Source: an uncultured Chthonomonadaceae bacterium (GTDB lineage: Bacteria; Armatimonadota; Chthonomonadetes; Chthonomonadales; Chthonomonadaceae). From it: a stretch of DNA of 64,000 nt. Positions within the stretch are counted from its first letter, which is position 1, and each line of letters starts with the position of its first letter. Of the stretch, positions 38,332 through 48,365 are shown in pieces. The translations under genes were made by a program, and so were the position numbers. Location of the stretch: contig CAWIEK010000049.1 in NCBI GenBank assembly GCA_963835065.1, positions 576,001-640,000 of the forward strand, in the 5' to 3' direction. Below the pieces are notes generated by a model, which saw only the letters and a list, made by a program, of their open reading frames with translations, was not told the DNA's origin and did not search any database.

Positions 38332-39966
38332 TCATCCTTCATCCTTCATCCTTCTCAGGAGCGTGTCATGCCGCTCACTTGGCAGGGTTTCGGGATAATC
38401 GAGGGTGAAGTGGAGGCCGCGACTTTCGTGGCGGCGCAGGGCGGATTCGATAATTAATGCGCCGACTTGCGCGATGTTGCGGGTTTCCCAATAATCGGGC
38501 GTGGGCAGGGGCGTGGAGCCTAATGCCGTCAGACATTCGCGCAGAGTATGCTGCGCCAGCGTCAGTTCGGCGGTTGTCCGCATGATGCCGACATCCTGCT
38601 GCATGGTTTTCTGAACGCGCTGGCGGATAGTGGGCAGGGTGTTGGGTGTTGGGTGTTGGGTGTCGGGTGTCGGGGAGGAGAAAGCCGCGTTCGTGGATGT
38701 GGCGCTATCAGGGTACAGTTGGAGTGTGTTGGCGGCATACGTTGGGGTTGGCGCTTCCGCATGGTGCAGGGCGTGGTTGGCGGCGCGATAGCCGTATACC
38801 ATTGCTTCGAGCAGGGAATTGGAAGCGAGCCGGTTTGCGCCGTGTACGCCCGTGCAGGCCACTTCGCCCGCCGCGTACAAGCGCCCGATGTTGGTTGCGC
38901 CGTTCAGATCGGTGACGACGCCGCCGCACTGGTAATGCTGCGCGGGCACGATGGGAATTGGGTCGCGGGTAATATCAATGCCGACGCTCAGGCATTTTTC
39001 GTACACGGTCGGAAAATGGGAGCGGAGCATGACGGGGTCTAAATACGTGACGTTGAGATACACGCATGGCACATTGCGGCGTTTCAGTTCCGTCACGATG
39101 GCGCGGGCAACAATATCACGGGGGGCGAGTTCGCGCAGTTTGTGGTAGCGTTCCATAAACTGCTCGCCGTCGCCGTGCTGCAAAATGCCGCCCTCGCCGC
39201 GCAGGGCTTCCGTAATCAAAAAGGCGCGGGCGTCGGGATGATACAGCGTAGTGGGGTGAAACTGAATGAATTCCATGTTGCCGACAACCGCCCCGCTCCG
39301 CCAGGCCATTGCCACGCCGTCGCCCGTCGCCACAAGCGGGTTGGTCGTATGCTGATACACATGCCCACAGCCGCCCGTTGCCAGCAGGGTGGCGCGGGCG
39401 CGGAACGTAGTCTGCTCGCCCGTTTCACCGTTCAGGGCATGCGCGCCCGTACAAAGCCGTCCGTTCGGGCCGTCCTCAACGGCTAAGTCGGTGACAAAAT
39501 AGTGTTCCAGCACCTCGATTTCGGGGCAGCGCTTGACGGCTTCCAGCAGGGTGCGCTCACACTCCCAGCCCGTGTAATCGGCGGTATGCACGATGCGGTT
39601 GCGGGAATGGCCGCCTTCGCGCCCAAGCGAAAGCACTTCCTGCCCCGCTTCATCGGTTTCCATGTTGAACTGCGCGCCCATATCCATCAGTTCGCGGATT
39701 CGTTCCGGGCCTTCGCGCACCAGTATCTCTACCGCGTCCTCATGGCACAAGCCCGCGCCTGCGATCAGCGTATCCTGCACGTGCAGTTCAAAACTGTCAT
39801 CGTCGGCAAGTACGCCCGCAATGCCGCCCTGCGCCCAACTGCTGTTGGCGTCCGCCCGCGTTTTCTTCGTCAGCAGCGCAACGCGGCTGTTGGAAGCCAC
39901 ATTCAGCGCAAACGTCAGCCCTGCCAATCCACTCCCGATCACCAGATAGTCCACTTCGACGATCAT
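38332..39966 (-). CDS. nadB: L-aspartate oxidase
   Basis: IGSGLAG, SSWAQGGI, EGGHS, QFHPT, LAPRDIVAR, HGANRLASNSLLE, ESRGLH. Confidence 0.96.
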   Translation of the reverse strand: MIVEVDYLVIGSGLAGLTFALNVASNSRVALLTKKTRADANSSWAQGGIAGVLADDDSFELHVQDTLIAGAGLCHEDAVEILVREGPERIRELMDMGAQFNMETDEAGQEVLSLGREGGHSRNRIVHTADYTGWECERTLLEAVKRCPEIEVLEHYFVTDLAVEDGPNGRLCTGAHALNGETGEQTTFRARATLLATGGCGHVYQHTTNPLVATGDGVAMAWRSGAVVGNMEFIQFHPTTLYHPDARAFLITEALRGEGGILQHGDGEQFMERYHKLRELAPRDIVARAIVTELKRRNVPCVYLNVTYLDPVMLRSHFPTVYEKCLSVGIDITRDPIPIVPAQHYQCGGVVTDLNGATNIGRLYAAGEVACTGVHGANRLASNSLLEAMVYGYRAANHALHHAEAPTPTYAANTLQLYPDSATSTNAAFSSPTPDTQHPTPNTLPTIRQRVQKTMQQDVGIMRTTAELTLAQHTLRECLTALGSTPLPTPDYWETRNIAQVGALIIESALRRHESRGLHFTLDYPETLPSERHDTLLRRMKDEG

Positions 39967-40013
39967 AACCGCTCGTATCCTTCCACAAACGCGCCTTTAT
40001 CCAGGGCGCGTTC

Positions 40014-41168
40014 TTAATCCCGATTGCGCTTGTTGGGGCCGAGGATGGTGAGGGAAAGTTCGGCGCGATTGCGGCTTACGGCCAGCAGGGGATTATAGAT
40101 ATAGGGCTTTTGCGGGTTCCACAGACCCGCGTCCTCAATGCCTTTTTCCACATCGGGGCGACGACCCGGTTTCAGTTCGCTGGCGGCATACGCCAGAATC
40201 GTGATTTTATGATCGTCGCGGGGCGCTTTTTTGTCAATCGCGAACTCGGCCTCATAGCGCCCGTTGCCACGCGGCAGCAATTCCCACTTTTGCCCTGTCC
40301 GGTTGTTGCGCGCGACCACGATGACATGCGCGGACGGTTCGGGTGGCGACAGCAGGGTTGCCATGATGCGGACGGTATCGCCAGGCTGCGCCAAACTCGG
40401 CTCCATGCGGGCGGACGTGAAGTTGAGGTACGTGGTCTGGAACGCGGACGGCTTATCGGAGTCGGCAGTTGTCAATTGTACAGGGTCCAGCCACGCGGCA
40501 AGCGTTTGCGTCTGCCGGCCCTTCGCCTTGAACGTTTCCTTTTGCACCCAGTACACGCGGGTCACGCCGACCAGATCGTTACGCGAGGGCGCAATCACCT
40601 TGATAAACAATGCGCCGGGCATTTTACGCGCTTCCAGATCGGCGGGACGCCGGGGTTTGGGGCTGACGGCAAACAACGCCTGATCCACAACCGCGCCGCC
40701 AACCGCAATGCCGCCTTTTGTCAGGGGATTGCCGAAGGTTGCGGCCTCGCTGGACGTGACGGCTTTCAGCCCGGAACGGATGGGATTGGCGACAAACCCG
40801 ACCGTATTGCCGACAAAGCGCGTCACGCCTCCGAACACTTCCGCGAAAAATCCGGGCGAATGGCGTTCCTGCAAGTGCAGGGCGTTTTTCGGCACGGCAA
40901 GCGCGTAATCGCCGTTGTCGTCCGTGCGCGCGTAATCCACGACCTTGTTGTTGTCATCGTACACGGCAACCAAGGCGTTGGACATAGGACGGTTACTCGC
41001 GTCCAAAATGCGTCCCGTCGCCCATACCGGTTGTTCCGCGCAGGCAGAGCGCGGCGCGGCAAGCAGTACGCTGCCCCACATCACCGGAGCAAGCAACAAA
41101 CCTATATGCTCAAGCCTGCGGTTGGCAGGCCGAGCGAGGAAGCGAGGTTTTGCATAAAGTGAAAATGG
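40014..41168 (-). CDS. Secreted hypothetical protein with carboxypeptidase-regulatory-like domain; start uncertain
   Basis: GRILDASNRPMSNALV...TDDNGDY. Confidence 0.65.
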   Translation of the reverse strand, partial: PFSLYAKPRFLARPANRRLEHIGLLLAPVMWGSVLLAAPRSACAEQPVWATGRILDASNRPMSNALVAVYDDNNKVVDYARTDDNGDYALAVPKNALHLQERHSPGFFAEVFGGVTRFVGNTVGFVANPIRSGLKAVTSSEAATFGNPLTKGGIAVGGAVVDQALFAVSPKPRRPADLEARKMPGALFIKVIAPSRNDLVGVTRVYWVQKETFKAKGRQTQTLAAWLDPVQLTTADSDKPSAFQTTYLNFTSARMEPSLAQPGDTVRIMATLLSPPEPSAHVIVVARNNRTGQKWELLPRGNGRYEAEFAIDKKAPRDDHKITILAYAASELKPGRRPDVEKGIEDAGLWNPQKPYIYNPLLAVSRNRAELSLTILGPNKRNRD

Positions 41169-41318
41169 CATCGCTCTTAACCCATGAGAAAATATCAACC
41201 GTTGACAGTAGCGCAGGCGCAAACCGCAGCGTTAAAGCGGCCTCCTTTAATATACGCAACAGCGTATCCATTCGCCTGCATCCTCCCCAACACCCAACAC
41301 CGAATACCGAACACCTAA

Positions 41319-42587
41319 TCAGTCCCAATCCTCGTTCTTCGGCTTGGCAAAGAATTTTTCCAACTCCGTCATGCCGGGCAGACTGGTGACATGGTGTGGC
41401 GAAATAAAGAAGAACGTTGGAGTGAATTCCACATATCCCGCTTCTCCAGCGGCCATGTCTGCCCTGATTCGATTTTCCATCGCGCTGGACACGCGATCCT
41501 TCTTAAATTTTGCCATGTCCAGGTGCAGGCTTTGCGCATACTCTTCAAATTGGACGCTGTCGAAGTTAGGGGCTTCCATGTCTTTGGTGTGCTGGAACAA
41601 CAGATCGTGCATCTCCCAGAACTTGCCCTGTTCGCCTGCCGCTTCCGCCGCCCCCGCCGCTTCCTTTGCCCACCGGTGATTGCCAAGCGGGAAGTTGCGA
41701 AAGACAAGCCGTATCTCTTTGGGATGCTGCTTGTAAACGGCTTCCACTTCTTTAGCCGCGTCCGAACAATGCGAACACTGGTAATCGGCAAACTCGATCA
41801 GAGTGTATTTGGCGTTGGCATCGCCTTTGGTATGGAGCATGGACGCGGTGAGCGGGCCGCGCGCATCGGGAACCGACTGCGGGACAGGAGTAGGCGGCGT
41901 ATGGAGAACCAGCATGATGTCCGGGATGACCATGAAACTGCCCAGAACCACAATCAGGGCGAGAACGCCGCCAATCATTTTCTGTTCGCCGGTCAGTTTC
42001 CGCCCGTCGAGCAGATAATCGCGGGAAGCCAGCGCGAAAATCAGCGTCACCAGCGCAGCCGACGCAAAGCAGTATTTACAAAAACTGTGCAATTGGTAGA
42101 TGGCGACGCGCTGCAGCCATATCGAGATGCCAAAGCCGAGCAGCGCCAATCCCCAGATTGCCATGTCCAGTTTTCGCACAGGATTGCCGCCCGATGCGCC
42201 GGCGCCGCTTCCAATTTCCGATGGTTCGGCAGGAGCCGCATGGCCGCGCGGCAATTCCTCCTCCATGCCGGGCGTATCGAAAGCGGAGGCCGAAGACGCA
42301 TACGCTGCCGCCCGCGTAGTTTCCCGCTCCCGCGCCAGGCGCAGTTGTTTGCCGCGCGCCAGGCACAGGCAGATGAACGCGAGATACATCAGCAGGCCGA
42401 GGAGCGAGGTCGGAAGGGGACCAAAATGCCCGTAAACGCTGCCGGTTGTAGACGCGCAACCCGCGCCGTTCTTGAAACAGCCCCCGGCGGCATCGGCGGC
42501 ATGTTCCCCGAACGTCAGCATCAGGGCGACGCCACAGCCGACAAACGCGAAAATCATAGTAAGGAGGTTGGATAGCGATCTATTCAT
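41319..42587 (-). CDS. VKOR domain fused to DsbA-like thioredoxin domain
   Basis: Loop Cys pair, FCKYC, then EFADYQCSHC, FRNFPL, FTPTF. Confidence 0.88.
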   Translation of the reverse strand: MNRSLSNLLTMIFAFVGCGVALMLTFGEHAADAAGGCFKNGAGCASTTGSVYGHFGPLPTSLLGLLMYLAFICLCLARGKQLRLARERETTRAAAYASSASAFDTPGMEEELPRGHAAPAEPSEIGSGAGASGGNPVRKLDMAIWGLALLGFGISIWLQRVAIYQLHSFCKYCFASAALVTLIFALASRDYLLDGRKLTGEQKMIGGVLALIVVLGSFMVIPDIMLVLHTPPTPVPQSVPDARGPLTASMLHTKGDANAKYTLIEFADYQCSHCSDAAKEVEAVYKQHPKEIRLVFRNFPLGNHRWAKEAAGAAEAAGEQGKFWEMHDLLFQHTKDMEAPNFDSVQFEEYAQSLHLDMAKFKKDRVSSAMENRIRADMAAGEAGYVEFTPTFFFISPHHVTSLPGMTELEKFFAKPKNEDWD

Positions 42588-42705
42588 TGCAGAAAAAACT
42601 CCCGGAATGTAACCCGCAGCGTTGTCCGCGCGTCCAAATGCGGAACACGGCGACAGATGCGCGTATTGGTTTGTAAGAGTGTACCTGAATCCGTTCGTAC
42701 CTGTA

Positions 42706-43200
42706 TTATACAACACCTTGCGCCAACAAACGCTGCCGCAGGTACTCGATTTGCGCGGCGTGCTGAATGTCGTGCTGCAGCATTTCTGATACGTAATCCG
42801 TCAGGGAAATCGTTGCCCCCTCCCAATCGCGCTCGGCCTCGAATTCCGCGTCGGGCAATTGCTGTAACTGCGCCTGCCAATCCGCGCCGATACGTTCCAT
42901 CCAGGCCACGATTCCCGGCCAATCGCTGCTGTCGGGAGCCGCTCCCGCGTCGAAGTCCGCGATCCCGCCCGCTTTGCCGTCGGGCAGGAACAGGGGCAGC
43001 GTCAGTTGCTTCCAGGCGGCGACGTGATAGACGATGCCGGCGATGCTGCCGTTTTGCCCGATGCCATACGGCTGCCCCGGCCAGTTCGCAGCCCCGAAAG
43101 CAAGCGCCTGTTCGGGCGTCACGTCTTGTATTTGTTCCCGCAAATAGCGAAAACTCCGCGTCGCGCGCTTGCGCAGGTAATCAGGCAACGATTGAGGCAT
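42706..43200 (-). CDS. DinB family protein
   Basis: SIAGIVYHVAAW...HDIQHAAQIEYLR. Confidence 0.85.
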   Translation of the reverse strand: MPQSLPDYLRKRATRSFRYLREQIQDVTPEQALAFGAANWPGQPYGIGQNGSIAGIVYHVAAWKQLTLPLFLPDGKAGGIADFDAGAAPDSSDWPGIVAWMERIGADWQAQLQQLPDAEFEAERDWEGATISLTDYVSEMLQHDIQHAAQIEYLRQRLLAQGVV

Positions 43201-43383
43201 GGATTTGTCTCTCCTACAGCAGTTTGGTTTTACCGTTCAATATGCGATATAATACGGGGAAGGAATAAGAGAAGAAGGCAGAAGGCATTAGATATTAGAT
43301 ATTAGGCAAAAGCCAATACCCACTACCCAACACCAGAACACCGAACACCTGAATACCGACTTTTCCCGATAGGAGTCTTTGCA

Positions 43384-44178
43384 ATGAATTCTTTATCCGT
43401 TGCGTTTAGAAAACAAACCGCGCTTCCCGCGTCCCTTATATCTGAGAACACCAACGAACGGAACATTCCTTCGCGTTCCTTCGCGTTCCTTCGCGGCTAT
43501 ATTCCTCTTCGGCCTATCCGGTTCCTGCTTTTGGGCGCGTTGGCGGCAATTGCGCTGAATGTGGGAATTCCCGCCTATGCGCAGGACAAAGAGAAAGCGC
43601 CGGACAAAGACAAAGCCGGCACTGACCTCAGCCAATTGGCTTCCGAAATGAGCGACATTGACTCGCTGCGCCCGCTCATTCCGCTGAAACTCACGCCGGA
43701 GCAGATAGACAAAATGGCGGCGGCGATTACGGCATCGCAGGCGGCGTATGACAAAAAACTCAAAGCCATCGCCGGGCCGGCGCTTGCGAAATTGGCCGAC
43801 CAGATACATGATGTCAAGCAAAAAGCGCTCAAGGGTGAACCGATACCGGCAGAATTCGACACGTATGCGCAGGCGGCGGAAAAGCAGATACTTACCAGCC
43901 GCGTGAAACTGGATCAAGATACGATCATCCTCCTGGCGGGTACGCTGGAAGATATACTAACGGCGGAACAGTTTAAACAAGCGGCCATGCTGGACAAGAA
44001 CGCGCAGATCAAGCTGAAAAAAGTGCCGGCGACCCTGCAAAAAACGGATGCGCAGTGGTTCGCCTCGTATGTCACGGATGCGATTTTTACCGTGCCGCGC
44101 ATTGTGCCCCTACTCAAAGAGATGCGCGCGGCGACAGGCGCGAAAACCGCTTCCACCAACGCACCCGGATCGAAGTAA
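43384..44178 (+). CDS. Secreted helical hypothetical protein
   Basis: AGGAG RBS, signal-like AYA-Q site, LKLTPEQ and ILTAEQ Spy/CpxP-like motifs. Confidence 0.65.
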   Translation: MNSLSVAFRKQTALPASLISENTNERNIPSRSFAFLRGYIPLRPIRFLLLGALAAIALNVGIPAYAQDKEKAPDKDKAGTDLSQLASEMSDIDSLRPLIPLKLTPEQIDKMAAAITASQAAYDKKLKAIAGPALAKLADQIHDVKQKALKGEPIPAEFDTYAQAAEKQILTSRVKLDQDTIILLAGTLEDILTAEQFKQAAMLDKNAQIKLKKVPATLQKTDAQWFASYVTDAIFTVPRIVPLLKEMRAATGAKTASTNAPGSK

Positions 44179-44382
44179 CCGCAAAGAGTTGATAGTTCTT
44201 AGTTGATAGTTGATAGGGATGCAGGAAGCGCGAGTTTTCAGCATTCTTTCGCTTAGGGCATTACGACAAAAACTTGCGCCCGCTCTGCTGTTTGTTATCA
44301 CAGCAGAGCGGGCGCATTGTTTGGGCAATTGGAATCGCGTGAATGGTTCACTCACGCGACATTACAAACTGGCGCTTCTGAG

Positions 44383-44706
44383 TTAGAGCATGGTTTCCAA
44401 CTTGCCGGCGATGATGTGCTTGGGAACGACGCCGACAACCTGATCCACCACTTTGCCGTCCTTGAAGAAGTACAGCGTGGGAATAGACTGAACGTTGTAG
44501 CGATCCGCCACTTCCCGCTCATCGTCTATGTTGACCTTGATGACCTTCACGCGCCCGGCGTATTCGGTTGCCAGCGCGTCCAGATGGGGCGCAATCATGC
44601 GGCAGGGGCCGCACCAGACAGCCCAAAAGTCTACAACGACCGGCACATCGGATTTCAGCACCTGTTCATCGAACTCGCTCGATGTGACTGCAACAGCGTT
44701 GCTCAT
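44383..44706 (-). CDS. trxA: Thioredoxin
   Basis: DFWAVWCGPC, QSIPTL. Confidence 0.97.
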   Translation of the reverse strand: MSNAVAVTSSEFDEQVLKSDVPVVVDFWAVWCGPCRMIAPHLDALATEYAGRVKVIKVNIDDEREVADRYNVQSIPTLYFFKDGKVVDQVVGVVPKHIIAGKLETML

Positions 44707-45099
44707 TAACGTTCCTCCCCTGAGTATGCGCGTAACCCAGCCCCTAAGCGGAATAGGATTGGCAGACTGCCCGGTGAGCCGTGTGCTATCCCCACGCTGC
44801 GTACTGTCAAACGCGATACTCGCTTCCCGGTGAAATATAGGCTGTTATGAAAATGAAAGCCGCCGCCACAGCGCCATCCGGCCTGTTTTCGGCAGACTTC
44901 CCTCTTCCAATAAAGCCTTCTGTTGTTGCCTACGTACCGCTTTTGGCGGAAGTTCCCGTTAGGGGGTTGGTGGTTGGTGGTGGGAGAAGGGAAGAAGGCA
45001 TTAGATAGTAGGCATTAGGCATTAGGCATTAGATATTAGGAAGAAGACAGAAGACAGAAGCCGAACACCGAACACCTGAACACCCGAATACCGAATATG

Positions 45100-45137
45100 A
45101 AAAACCGGCGCGTCGCGCGAAAGGCGGACGTGCCGGT
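45100..45137 (-). terminator. Intrinsic terminator downstream of cspA
   Basis: ACCGGC...GCCGGT followed by T run on minus strand. Confidence 0.6.
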
Positions 45138-45309
45138 GATAAGCCCCATTGTCAGCTTGCTTAGAAATGTGCGCGGTTCAGAGACCGAATGTGTTTACGA
45201 GTATTTTTCTGCCAGAATCCGAGGATGCGGGAAGAAAGGATTAGGAAAAATGCGTCTTTGCACCGGAAAACCGGGAGGACGGAAAAAATTGTAAGCCGGG
45301 GGATTGCTA

Positions 45310-45510
45310 TTACGCGGATGTGACGTTGGCGGCCTGAGGGCCTTTTGCGCCGTCCACAACTTCAAAAGAGACTTCCTGGCCTTCCGCCAGAGTCTTGAAG
45401 CCATCTTTTTGGATGGCTGAGTAGTGGACGAAAATGTCCTTGCCTTCGTTGGTTTCGATGAAGCCGTAACCTTTGGCGTCATTGAACCATTTCACCTTAC
45501 CTGATTGCAT
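45310..45510 (-). CDS. cspA: Cold-shock protein
   Basis: GKVKWFN, KGYGFI (RNP1), IFVHYS (RNP2), GPQAANV. Confidence 0.97.
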   Translation of the reverse strand: MQSGKVKWFNDAKGYGFIETNEGKDIFVHYSAIQKDGFKTLAEGQEVSFEVVDGAKGPQAANVTSA

Positions 45511-45565
45511 GTCCGAACGTCCTCCTTACTGGATGTACATGCTGAGCGGGGAACTCAGCCGGACA

Positions 45566-45594
45566 AGTATAACATTTGCCCGGCGGCGTGTCAA
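45566..45594 (-). promoter_or_regulatory. Sigma70-type promoter of cspA
   Basis: TTGACA-N17-TATACT with extended TG. Confidence 0.8.
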
Positions 45595-45736
45595 CATATT
45601 TCGCCCGAATTTCGGTGAATTTGTTGAAAACAGTGAAATTTTTTTACAACTTTTTGCGTACTCCCTCTGCCGGTACTTAAACCAGTGTACTCTTGTCGCG
45701 TACTATTGGCTCCGCAGATGATTTTGGCTTTTTTTC

Positions 45737-45766
45737 TTGACAGCAAGCCCTCCACCGTGCCATACT
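45737..45766 (+). promoter_or_regulatory. Probable promoter of rplJL
   Basis: TTGACA-N18-CATACT with TG extension. Confidence 0.6.
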
Positions 45767-45817
45767 GCTTTCGCATTGACCGAAAACAATTAAACATTTC
45801 GCTTGTACTCTTTGCTC

Positions 45818-46025
45818 GCCGCAGACAGCCGGTGTTGACGCGCTTCTTTCCGACAGAACTCTGGAAAGTAAACGCGCCCGCTTAAATTCCATGCAGGAAG
45901 CCCGCCGAGGTTGAGTCGAGTTCCCCAATACCAGAGTTGGCTTGCGCCTGCGCCTGCCACCCCCTGTAACCCGGAATTCGCCTTTGTCTGCGCCCGCGCA
46001 AACGAAGCGAATGGCCGGGTTTTTC
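45818..46025 (+). promoter_or_regulatory. Ribosomal protein L10 leader with attenuator-like hairpin
   Basis: CCGCAGACAG..GG...GCTTAA...GCCGAGG pattern of L10 leaders; AACCCGG...CCGGGTTTTT downstream. Confidence 0.75.
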
Positions 46026-46029
46026 ATTG

Positions 46030-46150
46030 GAGGTTTCAGGTTTCAGGTTTCAGGTTTCAGGGAAATCCCTCTTTACCCAAACACTTGATAGGATAGCAGC
46101 CAGGAAGGGAAGAGTATCCCTGAAACCTGAAACCTGAAACCTGAAACCTG
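46030..46150. repeat. Inverted pair of heptamer arrays (GGTTTCA)n ... (TGAAACC)n inside the rplJ 5' UTR
   Basis: Read directly in sequence. Confidence 0.85.
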
Positions 46151-46159
46151 GAGTTCGCC

Positions 46160-46711
46160 ATGCCCAACGCACAGAAAGAACTGGTCATCTCCGAACTGCG
46201 CGACATTGTGGCGCAAAGCAAGGGAGCCATTCTCACCGACTATCGCGGCCTGACGGTTGCGGAAGTCACCAACCTGCGCAAGAAATTGCGCGACGTGGAC
46301 GCCGAGTACCACGTTGTCAAGAACACGCTGTTCAAAATTGCGCTGGGCGAACAGGCCGGCGCGCAACTGGACACGCTCTTAGCCGGCCCAACAGCCATCG
46401 CGTTCGCCAAAGGCGACGTTGTGCCTACGTCCAAAGCCGTGATTGACTTTTTGACCGGACTGAAGAAGCCGGACATCAAGCTCAAGGGTGGATATATTGA
46501 CGGCAGCGTTTACGATGTGGCGCAAGTCACGGCGCTGTCGAAACTGCCGCCCAAAGAGCAGATCATCGCGCAGCTGCTCGGTTCGCTGCAAGCCCCGGCC
46601 AGCAATCTGGTCGGTACGCTGGATAACATCATCGGCGACTTTGTCCGTACCATCCAGGCGATTGCCGACAAACAGGGTGGCGGCGGGGAAACCGCAGAAG
46701 CCGCCGCGTAA
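46160..46711 (+). CDS. rplJ: 50S ribosomal protein L10
   Basis: DYRGLTV, LRKKLR, VVKNTL, GPTAIAF, SKLP. Confidence 0.97.
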   Translation: MPNAQKELVISELRDIVAQSKGAILTDYRGLTVAEVTNLRKKLRDVDAEYHVVKNTLFKIALGEQAGAQLDTLLAGPTAIAFAKGDVVPTSKAVIDFLTGLKKPDIKLKGGYIDGSVYDVAQVTALSKLPPKEQIIAQLLGSLQAPASNLVGTLDNIIGDFVRTIQAIADKQGGGGETAEAAA

Positions 46712-46814
46712 TAAAGGTTTCAGGTGTCAGGTGCTAGGTATCAGGATAGAATACCTGCGGCCTGACACCTGAAACCTAACACCTGACACCTGAATTGTAA
46801 TCAAGGAGAAAGAA

Positions 46815-47216
46815 ATGCCCGCACTTAGCCGTGAAGAGATTGTCGAAGCCATCAAAGGCATGTCCGTGCTGGAACTGTCCCAACTGTCCAAAGACTTGCA
46901 GGAAGTCTTTGGCGTGTCCGCCGCCGCGCCCGTCGCGTATGCGCCCGGTCCCGGTGGTCCCACTCCGGGCGAACCCGCTCCGGTTGTCGAGGAAGTGACG
47001 AGCTTTGACGCCGTTCTGACCGCTATTGGCGAGAAGAAGATCAACGTCATCAAGGTCGTCCGCGAAGTGACGAGCCTGGGTCTGAAGGAAGCCAAAGACC
47101 TGGTCGAGTCTACGCCCGCCAAAGTGAAGGAAGGCATCAACATGGACGAAGCCAAAGCCTTGCAGGCCAAGTTCGAGGCCGAAGGCGCGAAGATCGAAAT
47201 TAAGCCGGCGGGTTAG
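46815..47216 (+). CDS. rplL: 50S ribosomal protein L7/L12
   Basis: VLEL...[29 protein letters not shown]. Confidence 0.97.
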   Translation: MPALSREEIVEAIKGMSVLELSQLSKDLQEVFGVSAAAPVAYAPGPGGPTPGEPAPVVEEVTSFDAVLTAIGEKKINVIKVVREVTSLGLKEAKDLVESTPAKVKEGINMDEAKALQAKFEAEGAKIEIKPAG

Positions 47217-47398
47217 GAAGTTGATAGTGGTTAGTTGATAGTTGATAGTCAACCGCATCCGCGCGTTGAAAATCGCGGATGTGATAACGTAGGGACATAA
47301 CATGTTATTTCCTGCCTCGGAGGTTATGTCCTGCATGCGTGGACTGGAACGACTATTTTGTCTTGAGTCGCTCTAACCTGCTATTGCCAACCTATACG

Positions 47399-47436
47399 AA
47401 AACGCCCCTGCAACAAGTTCGTTGCAGGGGCTTTTT
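47399..47436. terminator. Bidirectional intrinsic terminator between rplL and lexA
   Basis: AAAAC GCCCCTGCAAC-loop-GTTGCAGGGGC TTTTT. Confidence 0.8.
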
Positions 47437-47483
47437 CGGATGTACGCTGAACTATCAACTATCAACTAACCACTATCAACTCC

Positions 47484-48122
47484 TCAGAAGCTGTAATTCG
47501 CGTCGTAGTTGCGGATCAGGCCGATTACTTTGCCCATGATCTTGCTGTCTTCGCGCTTCACTTCGATGGGGGCGTAGGCGGGATTGGCGGCGAGCAGGCG
47601 CGCCCCGTCTTGCGTGAACTGGATGTGCTTCACGGTCGCTTCGTCGCCGAGCAGCACGGCCACCATGTCGCCGTTTTCCGCTGTGTTCTGCTCCTTGAGT
47701 ACCACGTAATCGCCATCCATGATATGCGCGTTAATCATGGAGTCGCCCTTGACGCGCAGCGCGAACGGCTTCTTCACGTTGTAGATCATCTCCTGCGGCA
47801 CGGGAATCTGGGTTTCAACGTTTTCGTTGGCCGTGATCGGCACACCGGCAGAGATGGTTCCGATAAGCGGCACAAAGCTGACATTGCGATTGGGGGATGT
47901 GGCGCCGGTCTTGCCGATGACCGTGATGGAGCGGGACGTGCTAAGGCGCTTGATCATGCCTTTGCGCTCCAGGGCATCGAGATGCACGGTGACGCCGCGC
48001 AGACTGGAAATGCCGAACTCGTTGCCGATTTCACGGATGCTCGGCGGGTAGCCTTTGTCGTTGACGTATTCCATAATGAAGGCGAGAATTTTTTCCTGCT
48101 TATCGGTTAATCCACGGGTCAT
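47484..48122 (-). CDS. lexA: SOS repressor LexA
   Basis: GYPPSIREI, HLDALERKG, cleavage site SAGVP, catalytic GDSM and ATVK. Confidence 0.95.
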   Translation of the reverse strand: MTRGLTDKQEKILAFIMEYVNDKGYPPSIREIGNEFGISSLRGVTVHLDALERKGMIKRLSTSRSITVIGKTGATSPNRNVSFVPLIGTISAGVPITANENVETQIPVPQEMIYNVKKPFALRVKGDSMINAHIMDGDYVVLKEQNTAENGDMVAVLLGDEATVKHIQFTQDGARLLAANPAYAPIEVKREDSKIMGKVIGLIRNYDANYSF

Positions 48123-48164
48123 GGTCGTTGCTCCTCCTGTACGCAAAATATACGACGTACTTTT

Positions 48165-48198
48165 GTTTACTGTACACTGTTTTCTCCCTTTCTGTCAA
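48165..48198 (-). promoter_or_regulatory. lexA promoter with overlapping imperfect palindrome
   Basis: TTGACA-N18-TACAGT on minus strand; GTTTAC-T-GTACAC overlaps the -10. Confidence 0.5.
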
Positions 48199-48233
48199 GA
48201 GGCAGACGGCAAAAAAGCGTTGATTTTTGTCTG

Positions 48234-48262
48234 TTGACATTCTCCACCGGACGCGCTATAAT
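48234..48262 (+). promoter_or_regulatory. Consensus sigma70 promoter
   Basis: TTGACA-N17-TATAAT. Confidence 0.8.
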
Positions 48263-48365
48263 CATCCGGCAAAGTTTTCAGCCCCCACCCCGCCTATCTG
48301 ACGCTTCGGTAACGATTTTTCAAGCGTTTGCGTACCGAAAATAGAGGCTGTGGAATGGCCTGCGG

